A DNA stretch of 64,000 nucleotides from Mytilus edulis (GCF_963676685.1 NC_092347.1:67456001-67520000); one strand, 5' to 3'. Positions 24,530-38,424 are shown, counted from the stretch's first letter. The notes: generated by a model from the letters alone, not told the origin. A program made the numbers and translations.

Positions 24530-27500
24530 TCATATCGTATTTGAACATTTTTTTACTTCTTTTTCGCCAGAGGTGTCATAGTTTGCTTTGTACAAACAAA
24601 ACTCGTATTCATTTTTCTTGTGAATTACATCAGCATTCAAGGAACAATACGGGTTTATATAGTCAGATAAGGAGCGGAGTGACCGTAAAGATGAGTCGTC
24701 AGCGCTAGTACTATTTGATTTGCTATGAGTAAAAATTTCAACAGTTGCAATTTCCATTGTAGACGCAGCTATTCCACTAGGTACATTTTGATGAGGAAGT
24801 ATCCCATCTTGTAATTCGTCAATTGTTTCATACTCCACATTATCAGACCGGTTCGGTGGTGGATTTTCAGAATTTGGATTGACTGATTCAAGGTGTACTG
24901 CTCCGTGGCTTCGTCTGTATATGACTACACTACTGGCCAACAAAATGGAAACAATCACAAACGATGTTCCTGACGCTATTATAAGCAGGAATGGTGTTTG
25001 TTGTCTTTTACCATTATCTATAAATACAACAGTTATTATTCAACAATAATATGTATTCAAAAGTATGCTAAGTCTCGAACATCATTGCATGCTAAAACTA
25101 AATGTGGTAGTATTATGATGAAAAACTGTGTTGGCCGATTTGTTTAGGTACTTTCCATTTACAATTGTCCTCGAAGTTTGGTATTTTTAATATTTCATTT
25201 CCAACTGTACAATGCATATGCTAGGTATAAAAAAAATGAATGCATATTCTAAATAACACCAACTAAAAACGGAAAATTGTCATGTAAGAAAGGGGAAAAG
25301 TAAAGTTGACAGAGAATTATCTCAGGCTTGAAATGATAAATGTCAAAATGAAACTGAGAAATGTCTACTTGGAACTATGACATTGCAACTTTGAAGCAAG
25401 AAAATGAAATGCCAAGTTGGTAGTGAGAAATGTCAAAATAGAAAACAGAAATTAGAAAAATAGAATGCCGGTCTTTCGTAATAAAATCTATTTCCAAATA
25501 AATGTATATAATTTTGGTCTTTTAAGTAAATAAAAATATGCTTACAGCTTTCATATAATAAACAATAAAAATTCGAGCAGTCATTCATAAAAGAAAGGCG
25601 AAATATACCGAAGGTACATTCAAACTCATTAGTCAAAAATAAACTGTCAAAACCATATCGGACATGTCGGAGGAAGTTAAGTTTTATTTACCGTATATTT
25701 CAAAGTGTTAATCTATGATGTATAGAAATTGATTTGGTTGATTGCTTCTCTGAACCTCTCTAGCTGCTTATAAATACCGAATTTTGAAATTTTCTAATGA
25801 ACAAATTGTTTTGTAGAGGAAGTTATTTTTGCAGCTACAATTTTAGATTAAAGTCAAATGCACCTGCCACGTGCGAGATTCGAACTCACAACCTCAGTAT
25901 TAATGACAGGCTAGTGATTCAGTAGTTTGACCAATCTGCCACCGTTGCTCATAATAGGAAATGAGAAGTCATTTCTTTATAATCTAATTGAACCTTATTT
26001 ATATAACAAAACATGTCAATACAAATGTTTCACTCTTTACTTTCTGTACCGCAAGAATATATCATTTTTCAGTTAAATAGATTTATAATTCTTTGTCTAC
26101 GGAATGCATGGACCAAAACCATGTTATGCATTTTGAGTGTGAGCTACACTTCTACTATGATTTGAATTAACTTGATCGGTTTTGTATTTATTCTTAAGTT
26201 TTTGTGATACATACTAAATTTTCATAATGTCTGAACGTCTATGCTTTATATTGTCCACGTTTATTGACATGTACACTTAACAGTGGGAATATCTTGAAAT
26301 GTTTACCATATCTTTCAGATGTATTTGTCCATTGTGAAGTCAAGTAAGTGACATCGTTAACATCATAAGGATGTGTTTTTTCTACAAAAAAATAAACACA
26401 GATATATGTACATATTAACATATAATTTGAAAACCACAATTTAAACACGAAAACATACTGAGAACGTCTGTCGTAAAGATGTCACACATTCAAATGAATG
26501 TAATAACATAAATTCCATCTTCGACAAAGAAAGACTTTTCTTAACCAAAGAAAGATTACTCGATTACATAACCTAGTTTGCAATTGTTGCTTAATAACAT
26601 TTTTGTTATTTTACTTTTTGCAACGACTTCACATAAATATTGGTTAACAAAATCAGATCTAACATAGTTCAACTAAATTTAAGACTATAGTACGAATGGG
26701 AAAATAAGCCGAGAAACTTTTTGACAACATTCGATTCAAAATTTAAACAGGGTAAGGCATGTTGATATAAGGAATAGTTCGACTTCAGAGAAGCAGTTAA
26801 GTCCAGTGTAGCAACTTTAATAAATCACTAGAATCCTAGTAAAAACAAAGAACTTGATAAATTGACACAAATGAGAGTGTTTTACCTACCGTCGTTTTTC
26901 AAAATTTTCTCTTTTTAAAGTTATAATATATTTTTTATTTGCAAGAATGCCATAAAGGAGGGTATGGATGGGGGGTCTGTTATTCTGTAAACATTTAATT
27001 TTCACCCCATTTTTCTCTAATCTTTAAAAAATTAACCCCTTTTTCTCTAATCTTCCAAAAATTAACCCTTTTATTCTCTAATCTTCTTTTTTTTGGCTCA
27101 TTATTCTCTAATCTTCATTTTTTAAGGGCATTATTCTTTAATCATTTAACCCCATCCAAACCCTCATAAAGGGTGACACGGGTTATATTGGGTATTGGGC
27201 ATTTAAATAATATGTTTGGCATCGGACGTTCCTGATGAAGGAGATTCAAGAAAAACGCTTTGGACGCACAAAATTTATAACGTGTTGTTTTCATTTGTTG
27301 TAACAAGAAATGTTTAATGCCACGCATTAGTGTTTGGCTATTTTCTTTATGCTCATTAATTTGTGTTCCAAATTTAAAGTTAAACTTTGTTTAAGACTTT
27401 CAATAAATTCGCTCAAATTACACAAAACGAACATATTATCACATAAAGCCCTGCGTAAAATATCAAGAATTCATTAGATTTGTAAACTAGATTTATTGAA

Positions 27501-30500
27501 TAAAGGACATGTTTTCACAAAGCAAATCATTCTTCCATGCCATTGCTCAGATTGTTGACATAACGTCTTCTTGTACTTCAAATTCAATCTTACCTTTTAC
27601 ATTGAAGGAAACATAACTATATCCTTCTCCCCATTGATTGACCACTGAACATTTATATATGCCAGCATCCCTCGTTTGTGCGTCAGTTATACATAGTTCC
27701 GTCGATCTGAATGGTAATATAGTGTCGTCTTTCAGCCAAGTTAAACTTCGTAGATCAAACAGATTATCCATGACACAAGACAAGGTCACATTTTCACCAA
27801 CCTGAACTTCGGTTCCAGGGTATACTGCAATTCTTACACGAGGTTTCTCTAAAAAATATACATTCGGTATGCTTTATACAAGTAACAAAACGTGCTATGT
27901 ATTGCTAAAACAAGGTAAACAAAGGCAACAGCAGTATACCGCTGTTCAAAGGTCTTTTGCGATTATAACAACCTGCTTCAAATTTGAAAAGACCAGCACT
28001 GAATCGTCTAGCATTGAAGAAACGGCAATTGTAAACAGGAAAAATATACAATTCTGATTCTGATAAAAGACAACATACTAACAAAATGAAATAATATCAA
28101 ATACTAGTAGTGCTCATATACATAAGTACTTTTCAAATTTAATCCGTAATCTTGAAGGCCAAGTAACAAACAAAACTCAATACTATACTCAATACCAATA
28201 ATGTTCTTAACATTTCAAAGCAATCCCGGCATGCTGATAGGAGTATAAATAAACATGCACGTGCGTCCTGCACCCCTACAGTCAGTAGAAATTGCTAAAC
28301 GTCATAGCAGATTTTATACAACGTCGTCATAAACAGTGCAGCAAGACGCCATTTTGTCAAGTTTCATACAGAACTTTTAAAGCCAATCAAATACAAGATT
28401 TCAGTCTAATCTCAAAAATTAGATAAGCAAATAGATGTCAGACTCTATTCAAATAATAATTTGGTACTAGCCATATTGTCTGAACAACAATGGTATAATT
28501 CTAACATTTAGCTATACGTTTAGTAAGCGTATATGGAAACTTAAGAGGACATTTCCTAAACTCATTAGCTTGTAGATATTATTTCCGTTAAACAACGAGA
28601 ATAACGATTTCAATTGCTTGAATAACACTTCTACAACACAAACCCTTTTTGTGTGAGAAAACATATCATATAGAAGTGGGTGGGATTCATGTTATGAATA
28701 ATGTCACAACAAATGAATTGAAATATACATCATTACAAACATATGCATATATAATTAAAAACCAACTGTTTAGAGAACATTTGAAGGTCTTCCTCCGATA
28801 AAGATCAATTTTGATATAGAACTTTGAAAATTCAGTTTGAAATATCATATCCAGCGTCAAATGATAGCTTATTGTACACTGATTAAAAAAATATATGGTT
28901 TCTATACATTAATTTCTAAATAAAGGAGATAAATTGTTACTTCCGGTTTTAAATATGTAACTCCTTGTTTTATTTGATAGTTTACTGCATACTAATTCCA
29001 AATATATTTTGTTCAATATACTTTTACACTAAATAAGTAAAAAAAAACAACACTTCCGGTTTACATAAGGTACTTTTTGGTTGGCTTTTCCATGGTCATG
29101 TGTCTTGCAACGTAATGCGAAAAGTTCCATGGCTTTATCATGTAAATGTATGAGGTAAAAGCAAAGGTCAAAATCTAGAATTTCAATTTAACCTATGATC
29201 TTGAGTTCAACTTCAAGGTCATAAACCAAGGGCTTCAAATCAAAAGACCAAAGGTCTAAATTATATATGGTTAATGAGTTATATCACTATATGCCTAATT
29301 TTTAATATAAGAGGGGAGAAAACTCCAATTTAATGTTATCGTTCCCTTTCAACCAAAATGTATGTGTCACGACATGTTGCAACTTACAATTTAGTAAAAA
29401 ATGTTGTCGATATCCTATACGGTTTTTGAAAAGAATTGAAAATAAGCCAAAATCAAAAACAAATTGAATATGACCTTGACCTCTGACCTTGACCTTATTT
29501 TCTTTTTTTCTTTGGATCAAGAACCTAAAATCAAAAGATCCTAGGTCTCTATGACTTATGGTTTACAAGATAGAAATGCATATCACTTATATCACAGGCA
29601 TAAGGGGGGAAAACTCTCATATTGAATATTCATATCTCTTCGGTCAAAATAGGACAAGTAAATTTGTCGCTTTTTTTTACCGTTACGGAGGAGATGTAGT
29701 CACAAGGAAAACAGTGTGCGGTGTAATAACTCTTACAAAAAAAAATTGTTCGTCTTAACAGGGTGGAATCTAAAAGGGCATGAACTATACGATACAATAG
29801 GAAAAATATCTAAGCGAAATATTGCGAAACAAATATTTTTCGCAAGAACAAAATTAGGTGGAAGAAAACAAAATAATCAGAAAAAATACAATAGGTCTTT
29901 CCACAGAAAAGTAGAAAGACCTAATTAACAATGAAATATACGGCAAAAGACACCAACTAACTACAACCACTGAATTACAGGCTACTGACTTGGACCCGTA
30001 TATATTGTGTTTGTAATCACATACTTGTTTAATCACACTTCAGTAATCATTATTTTGACATCCACCTTCTTTCGCCAAGCGATGAAAGTTTGTTTTTCTT
30101 TTTATTGTCATGTTATATTTCTGTGCTCACTTATTCATATACTTAAACCTATCATTCAGTTGTTTCCTTTTTCAGTGAATAGATTACGAAAACCAACGAT
30201 GAACAATTATAGACTGTTTTTGAATATGGCTAACGTAAAGATTTAAATGTTTTAAATTGGGTAAAAAAGACAAATTCAGTGAAGACGCACATCGTTGGAG
30301 TGCAGTTATATCTATCTCTCCGTCAAACAAGTAAACTGTTTCTTCTCTGTTAAAAAGTTAATTCTGAATATAAACCAAGTGATACAAGATTATTGTCAGT
30401 CGCCGATAAACAAATTGTTATGTATTGAGACCGATATATTCCATCACTTACCAGATAATATGAGTTGGAGCGTCTTTCTTAAAGGTTCGATTAAAGCTTC

Positions 30501-31231
30501 GTGTATAGCAATGCATTCGAAAACTTTCAAATGGTCACTACGTTTCACCTGAAAATTATACTCTATCTCCCCTGATCCATTTACAAAGGTCTTGTTTCCT
30601 GATTTCCAATAGAGATACTCTGAAGGTATTCCTGATATCACTTTGCACGTCAGATTTACTTTACTATCTTCCTCTGTATGGAATACATTTGACGTATGTC
30701 CAACAATGGAAAGATATGACGGTGGCACTAAATTAGAATAAAAATAAAATATTAATGTTTAACTCAATTAGAATTTGAAATTCTTATTGAAAAATAATCA
30801 GAAGTAGCTCAAGGGTATTGATGCAGATTTTATTATAGACGAAAATAGGTAAAGGTTTATCACTGTTCCTTTTTAGTTATTTTATATTTATGTTGGCGAG
30901 TTAGCTGTATCAAAATATACCCTTCACATACCCATTAACATAAGCTGCGTTGATGAATCAACCACGTTAGTATCACTTGTTGATACGCAAATGTATGTTC
31001 CAAGATCTACATCTGTAATGTTCATTATCTGCAGAAAATATTCCCCTGCCGAATGGGTTCTAACAACGGAAAGTCTTTTATGGTGCGGAATGTCTGTGTT
31101 AATTTCAGTAGATATGTAATAAACCTCCTGGTTATATCGCCAAGTTACAACAGACTCTAAACCATTAATGGGGCATTGTAGAATCACTGCACCTCCAATC
31201 CGAACATATTTCGATTCGTTTTTTAGTTGAG
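24530..31231 (-). CDS. Ig-superfamily type I membrane receptor (3 Ig domains, stalk, TM, tyrosine-motif tail; nectin/CD22-like layout). Exons 31231-30932, 30727-30452, 27848-27594, 26381-26307, 25017-24530; signal-peptide exon not located
   Basis: All five exons have AG/GT boundaries, are phase 1 and join without stops (300+276+255+75+488 nt, ~464 aa). Ig1 VILQCP..VTW..YFLQIMNITDVDLGTYIC; Ig2 VNLTC..LYWK..VFECIA; Ig3 VTLSC..LTWLKD..DAGIYKCSVVN; TM PFLLIIASGTSFVIVSILLASSVVIY-RR; tail VEYETI, DYINPYCSL. Confidence 0.85.
25845..25950 (-). mobile_element. tRNA-derived SINE head (fragment)
   Basis: Minus strand has an A-box-like TGGCAGATTGG and a B-box-like GAGTTCGAATCTC at tRNA-like spacing, but no full cloverleaf. 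Confidence 0.6.
26958..27165. mobile_element. 208-bp MITE with 16-bp TIRs, 6-bp TSD (ATAAAG) and an internal ~30-bp minisatellite
   Basis: ATAAAG|GAGGGTATGGATGGGG ... CCCCATCCAAACCCTC|ATAAAG; internal ttctctaatctt repeats. Confidence 0.75.
27227..27266 (+). ncRNA. Degenerate minimal hammerhead motif (possible Penelope terminal-repeat type)
   Basis: CGUUC-CUGAUGA-AGGAGAUUCAA-GAAA-AACGCUUU-GGACG: stem I and core intact, stems II and III mismatched. Confidence 0.45.
28760..29930 (+). mobile_element. Helentron/HINE-like non-autonomous element (intronic)
   Basis: Internal tgaccttgacc / aaggtca motifs and a 3' hairpin aggtctttcc-acagaaaagt-agaaagacct followed by aatt. Confidence 0.5.
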
Positions 31232-33699
31232 CTGAAATAGATTTCTTTAGAATATATAAAAAAAAATTATTAAATATGTTCAAATTGGAAATAACTAATG
31301 TGTCAATTCCATTAACTTTTTGAAATTTATGAAATTTAAGAGGGGGGTAATCAATTTCTTTACTGAGAAATCCAATTTTACGGTTTATACTCCGCATTAC
31401 ACAACTCTTGTGTAACGTTACAATATATTCTACTCCTACAAAGGCAGGTTTTTATGACTATGATCGTCATTAGAATCTCAAGATTAAATTGCTTATATTG
31501 TAAAGAATACGTTAAGCAATCATTTTAGTGCCTAAAAATATTTTGTGATGTAGACGACGTTGAGCTCAAAACGATCGCGTTGGATTTTGAAATCCAAACC
31601 AGGTAGCTCGGACATATTTTGACTTTGGGTAGTGACCACTTTTGTTTTAGGATTGAATATAACAATCACATTATAATGAGACTGAACAATATTTGTTTTG
31701 TTAAGATAAACTATTATTTTACCTGGCGTAGGTGTGAGTTAAATGTATTTCCGCATTTCTCTTCAAAAACTTGATTGATTAAATGTAATAAAATGTCTGA
31801 TTTGTAAGATTACTCTTTTTTCAACAAAATATGTTATCTAGATATAAGAAGATGTGATATGAGTGGTAATGAGACAACTCGTCATCCAATTAACAATGTG
31901 TGAATGAAAACACAGTTTAAATCAAAGTAAAGAACTCAACACGGAACCTTGGATCACACCGAAGAGAAATCTATGTGAGCCCCTAAATTGACTAGTGTAC
32001 AACCATTATAACGAGAAATCAACGGTCTAATCTATATAATAAACGAGATACGAGAAACACTAATGAACCACATCAACAAACGACAACTCCTGGACATCAG
32101 GTTCCTGACTTGGGACAGGTGCAAACAAATGCAGCGGGTTAAAATGTTTTAATAGGTACTAACCTCTACCCTTATCCGAACATAGTGAGCATCACAACAA
32201 ATTAAACACACTATAAAATATCAATTGAAATGGCTAACTCAATCAAAACAATATTGCAATAATAAACACAAACATGTTCTGTAATGGTATAATTTTTGGA
32301 TCTTTCATATGCGTATCTAAGTCAGGGGAAAGTTTTGGGTTCATGTCTACATAACTATTGACTTTATACAGAAAAATCTCTCTTCTCAAACTTTATTGTT
32401 TCACCAATAATTCATAGATAGAAAGTTAAATTAATCATTTCTTAAAACACGGCAAAAAGTGCGTTCAATTGAACCGTGGTATTGCAAACATCGAATTCCC
32501 TCACAAAATGTTATCACAAACTAACTAATTAAGAAAATAATAAATATCTCGATGGAAGTAACACAACTGTTTTAAGAAATATGAACAGGATTAGAGAATT
32601 TAACCTACAGAACACAAATTTTGAATTAAAAAGTATGGTGTATTAGTTCAGAATGAGTGAAATAATCAGATAGTTAAGAAGAATTTCGAGATATGGCCGG
32701 AAAAAAAACATCGACCTAAACATCCTATTTTAAAGTTGCCCTAATCCTTTTTAGAAATGGTAGATCTTTCGTTTCTTTGTGTGTGGTAATTCGAGATATA
32801 TTTTAGATCACTTTTGGTTAGAATGATAGCACTTTTAGGAGTTAAATTCCCTTAATTGTAAATTTCAAGTGTATTTGAACATAATCACTTCTTCAAATAC
32901 CAGAACAAAAATGGAAAACGAATGCTATATTTATACATTCGGGACATAAATTAATGTAAACTTGAGTAGGTTTCTTTTTGACATTTTTTCATTGAACTGC
33001 GCATATTAATAACATAGAGATTTAGTCGCATTCATCAGACTAAGGTAGCGACAGATGGTGTTTAAATTATCTCAAAGCATCTGTTTATTGTATTAAAGAA
33101 TTTTATTTGAAAGATTCAATCAGTTCTCGTTAACGTGGTTTACCAAATTGTGATTATTGCGGTTTATTCGACCTTAATAGTGTAAATGTATTATAGTAAA
33201 TATAGTAGCAATGATTGTCAAATAAAATATAAGAAATATTTTGGCTTTAGAAATGATACTGTAACTTATACAGTCAAACCTGTATTAAACAGTCCCTCAA
33301 GGGAAGTGTTAAAAGTGAACGTTCAAGTCAGCCGACCTTTGAAAAGAGGTATCACCTAATGTTGCTTCGACTTTCCCCGTGGATGGGTTCACGGCAAATA
33401 TTTTTGTGTTTTCCTTCGGGTGAGTTATAGTTCTTGTATCAGTGAAATAAAAAAGGTTGAATTTTCGCGTTTCAAGTTGGAAGAAACTTTTAAATTTGCT
33501 AATATTCGTGCAGAAATAAGTCTGTAATACTATGTTATTGAGAAAGTGAAAGAAGTAGAACCCAAGGAGTTCACAAATATACCTCCGATTGCGCGATCTC
33601 GCATGATATCTGGTTTTGATTGTGAATTTGCCTTAATGGTGCAAACTGAGATACCGGCGTTTTTATGATATAGAAATACAGCAAGCATTTACGAGAGAT

Positions 33700-35500
33700 T
33701 CCATAAGATTTGAGCTTCTCTAAAAAGTTGCATGCACACAGGAAAAGAACACTGAAAAATGCAGTTCGATATAGTGAACTTAACTATGTGACTCGCGACC
33801 TTAGCGTATCCAACATGAATCTTGGTTTAGTTTAATAGATCCATTAGTAGATTCCTAACAACCTATGGAACCTATTAGTAAACAAAGGAGCAATTGTTGT
33901 GGAACCAAAAGAGCAGTTCACTAAAGATAAAGATCCACCGCAAAGATTAAGTTTATCTGAGGATAAAATAAACGGCATGAAATAAAAAACGTCATAAAAG
34001 AATATAACATTACAAAGACGAAACACCAAATGCAACTGATAAAAAAATGAGCTTGAAGCATGACAAAACAAAATTCAAAATGTTAAAAATGATTGGAGCA
34101 ACTATAAAAGATCATGAAAAATACAGAAGCGGTTTCTTTGGCTTTGTAAAAAAATAGAAAATGAGATGCGAAAAAAGATCGGGATGAGAAACAACAGAAT
34201 TTAACAGGCAGAAGAAATTAAGTCCACCACCTAAAGTATTCAGTAGCTATTTCCAACAGGAATTTACAGTAAACATTAGGACTAGACGCGTTAAGAAAGT
34301 TCCCTGAAGTCAGGCCATGAATATACCACAAATGCCAATTTAATATGCAGATGTTTAAAAGAGAGGTCAACCAGACTATTGAATTATCTTCCCAACTTTT
34401 GGCTGTCAACCAACATGCAGAATAATACCAGCCCTATGTATTTCACTAAATTTGATGTATGTTATTGCTAATGATAGTCTGAAATCAGTACACCTACAAA
34501 AAAAGAGAGATAATGATCTCAGTGCAAACATTTAAACCTACTACATATGTTTATAAAGGGCATTCAGTAACAAAAATCCAACAGTCTGAAAATCTCAAGT
34601 AACCATGGCAAGGACCTTATATAGTCATTTAAGTAATAATCATGTTTTTTTTTCATATTAACGACCAAAAAGTAAAATTGAATTGTGCAACAGGATCACT
34701 TGAAAATATTACTACAACGGTAAATATCTGTCATATGTCAACAGATCCTCAAAAACAAATGCAAAAATCCCTGGAGACACAAATATTCATATTAATTTAG
34801 GCCATCATTTAACGAGTCGAGTCAAAACACGTCGGAATTTCCGATGTATGGGATGCGTCAATAGAAACATAGGATGTTCCAATGTACCGCATTACTATAT
34901 TAGAAACATCGGACATATCAGTGTACCATGATAACGCTGCAACGAAAAGTACTATCCACAAAAGAGAGTCGAATATTCTCAAAAAACAAGACAGACACAT
35001 TAACTGTCATTAAAAATTTGAATGACTTCAATACTGATCAAAAGATAGTTGATACAGATACGATAACAGGCGTGCTAATGGGCAAAAATATTCATAACAT
35101 TTACGGACACAGCGTATTTCTGTGACTATGCGGAATAATCTGTAGACAAGATGGTGTTCTGTTTGTGTATATGTCTAGTATTGTTTAAACTTTTGTCAGG
35201 ATATTGTGCTTGTCCAATAAATGTTTAGTTTTAATTTATGCATATATCCTGTGTATTTTGATGATGTCATATTTGATTGTAATGATTTTAATTGTGTCCA
35301 ATCATCAGATAGAGCTGTTAATGTTTGTATTTTTATCTCTTAAACGGACTTATTGTTTTCATTATTTTTAGCTTGTGTGTGTTCATGTTTATTATACTAA
35401 ATCATATAGAAAAATTCGGTTATCTCATTCATCAATTAAAGGTAGTTCCATTCGTCAGGGAAAGGTGCAGTCTTGAGCAGTTTGTTCAGACAGGTTCACA
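33700..35500 (+). mobile_element. Decayed Gypsy-like LTR retrotransposon remnant; putative LTR 35121-35500
   Basis: PWQGPYIV (~34603) resembles the integrase GPY/F motif; the downstream segment has TGTGA...TCACA termini. Confidence 0.35.
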
Positions 35501-36419
35501 AATGTAAAAAAAACTTGCTATTTGCTTTCATCTTCCATATATATCACAAGCACTACATTTTTGGATATAAAGACTACAGTTGACACAAGATAAGCTACTT
35601 CAAGTACATTTAATAAACACGGTGAGTTGTATCAGTGGCAATCATACCATATCATCTTTTTTATATATACAACATATATTTACTTTGCTATCCTGAATTA
35701 TGGGCATGAAAGACCATAGCATATAAAAGGCTTGCTGACTGATATTTGTAAATATCTAACAGTTAAATTTGAAGGTTTAGTCGAATTTGTCGAAGAGCAC
35801 CGTGATTTGTTTATTTGTTTAGGTGCGATACATCATTGGGCAGATATGCCTTTACGAAAGATGTTCAAATAAGTAAACGAACATACACCATAATATCTTA
35901 TTCACATTATACCGCTGCTTAATAGATTTAACTGAAACAAATCTGGGTCACAAACCAAACCCGAGGGAAACACATCAACCTTAAGAGACAACAATGGAAC
36001 AAAATAACACTGAAATGCTACATAAACTAACGCAAACCTACATAAAAACGGACTATTTGATAACAACTACAATATTTCTGACGTAATGAGTTGAGTCTTG
36101 TTTCATTGCTAGTTTAGCTTTCCGCTTATATGGCAATGTTTAAAGAATACCGCTAAATGACAACATAACGTGACAGGAGTACAGTACAAATAAAAGCAAG
36201 AACACTCAGGACACATATCAATGCGAATTCCCACTCGGCAAAGCAGTCATATTCGGTGATAATATTCGGTGATAAGTCACTTTTGGTACTTATCACACAC
36301 ACCAGACGACGTACATGATGAACCACCATCTTAGACGTGGTAAAATTTAGTATGTTTAGATACAGACACATTGTATAGATCAATCAATTTGTAATGCTGT
36401 CAATAAAATTTACGGAGGG

Positions 36420-37250
36420 TCTTTTTTAATCTTTCCTCCTCATAACTCTGTGGGAGCAGTTTCTGTTAAGTAGCACACTCATGTATAAGAAGTCCTCATA
36501 GTATAAACATGCACGAGCATAACATATCAACTGAGAAATGTAAACACCATACGATATGGCAGAGGATATGTTACTGCTGAGAAATTGGAAATCGATAATT
36601 GGGAAGTTGAAATCTTCCCGTTTGACATAGATTTTTGTGTGAATTCGTCCATTTATACAAATATTGACGGTGGTATCCTTAATTTCAAGTTCACTTGGAT
36701 ATATGAGTTGTAAGTACTGACTGAAATATTGGTTATTCATTGATATGACATCATCAATACATTTGAAAGTAAAATTAAAAAAAATTTGCACGGAGCTTTT
36801 TCTTTTTGTCTTTCATGTTCTGAATGAATTCTGCTATTCACGAGTACAAAAACAAATTGGCAAATAAGGATGCACAATTAGTACCCATTGGACCGATTGT
36901 CTGTTGAAATATCAATCCTCCAAACTAAAAATATATGTTGTCGATAAAAAAAATCCAGCATTTTGGTAATATCATCTTCAGTTTATTTTCTGATAGAATC
37001 AGTGTGGATCGTCACAAAATAATAATTACTCTAACCAGAAACAAGAAACTTATATATAAGATTTCAATTTCTATAGAAAAAAGATCTATTTGATGAGATG
37101 GTGAAGTCAATGGGTCAATTGAGCATGAGGAATAGTATTTGAAAGCGTAAAAAAAAAATCAAAAGTTTAAATATTTCTGCAAAATTTCAGAGATCGTGAT
37201 ATAAGATTTACCAGTAGATCTTTAGAACTTTTATATAATTAACATATGAT
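36420..37250 (-). mobile_element. Penelope-like element RT fragment (decayed)
   Basis: ORF 36426-36791: CIDDV, IYPSELEIKDT, IHTKIYVKREDFNFPI, SYGVYISQLICYARAC. Upstream, PMGTNCASLFANLFLYS is readable at ~36840-36890. Confidence 0.85.
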
Positions 37251-38023
37251 TGACACCACCGGTTGAATATATTTCATCAGAATGATTTTGAAGGTCAAAT
37301 TTTACTGAAGAAAAGCAACAGTCAACACTTTACAAAAGATGTTCAGTTGAGGACATCTTGACGATTCAGCTATGTGTCGTCCTTTTGAGGAGTTCTGTGA
37401 AGTTTTGTTTTCCAGCTGTATAATACATTTTGTTCGTTTTCTTTGATTTTTGTTTTTGTTAACATGTAATCCAAAAGATTCTTTAACATCATTTACAAAG
37501 GGTGAAATTTTACAAAATCACCGATTTGTGTTTCTTTTGCTACTAACATCAAAGAAACGAAGAACATCTACCGTCAATATAAAACGGAATGAAAGAAGAA
37601 TCTTGAATACGGGTTGTTGAATCTGGAAGAAATGATAAATGTTTATCCATCTGTGAGAAAGACTCTAGACAGTAGGTATCCTATTCAAAAATCGTGTTTT
37701 ATGAATAGTTCAAAAAGAAATAGAAAACATCCCATTCATAATAATGAATGAGAAATATCCTGTGATCAGTGGTGTTATCTGTGAAATGAATTTGCAAGAT
37801 CTGGTAATTGAGACCGCCGCCCATACATCAGAGAGATTGGCAGATAGCCAATAGAATAAAAAAAAATAGCCTAATAATGCAATTATTCGGAGAACAATTT
37901 TAAAAGTCTTTCAAAATTCACAATTGTTGATTATCAAAATTGAAATGAACTTGAGACAATAAATGGTTTTTTTTTTATAAGTTGAGGAAATAGTTATCAA
38001 AGGTACCAGGATTATAATTTAGT

Positions 38024-38067
38024 ACGCCAGACGCGCGTTTCGTCTACATAAGACTCATCAGTGACGC
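38024..38067 (-). ncRNA. Minimal type I hammerhead ribozyme
   Basis: Same sequence as 2991-3034. Confidence 0.9.
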
Positions 38068-38380
38068 TCAAATCAAAAATATTTTTAAAACCCAAACAAG
38101 TACAAAGTTGAAGAGCATTAAGGATCCAAAATTCCAAAAAGTTGTGCCAAATACGGCTAAGGTAATCTATGCCTGGGATAAGAAAATCCTTAGTTTTTCA
38201 AAAAGTTCAAAGTTTTGTATACAGAAAATTTATAAAAATGACCACATTATTGATATTCATGTCAACACCGAAGTGTTGACTTCTGGGCTGGTGATACCCT
38301 CGGGGACGAAACGTCCACCAGCAGTGGCATCGACCCAGTGGTGTAAATAGTTATCAAAGGTACCAGGATTATAATTTAGT

Positions 38381-38424
38381 ACGCCAGACGCGCGTTTCGT
38401 CTACATAAGACTCATCAGTGACGC
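38381..38424 (-). ncRNA. Minimal type I hammerhead ribozyme
   Basis: Same sequence as 2991-3034. Confidence 0.9.

Noticed and set aside
25845-25950. tRNA gene
   Set aside because: Has A- and B-box-like motifs but no acceptor stem or cloverleaf; better explained as a SINE head.
31700-35830. Candidate signal-peptide exons for the Ig receptor (donors near 31722 and 35683)
   Set aside because: Neither gives an ATG-initiated, hydrophobic, phase-1 exon; left unassigned.
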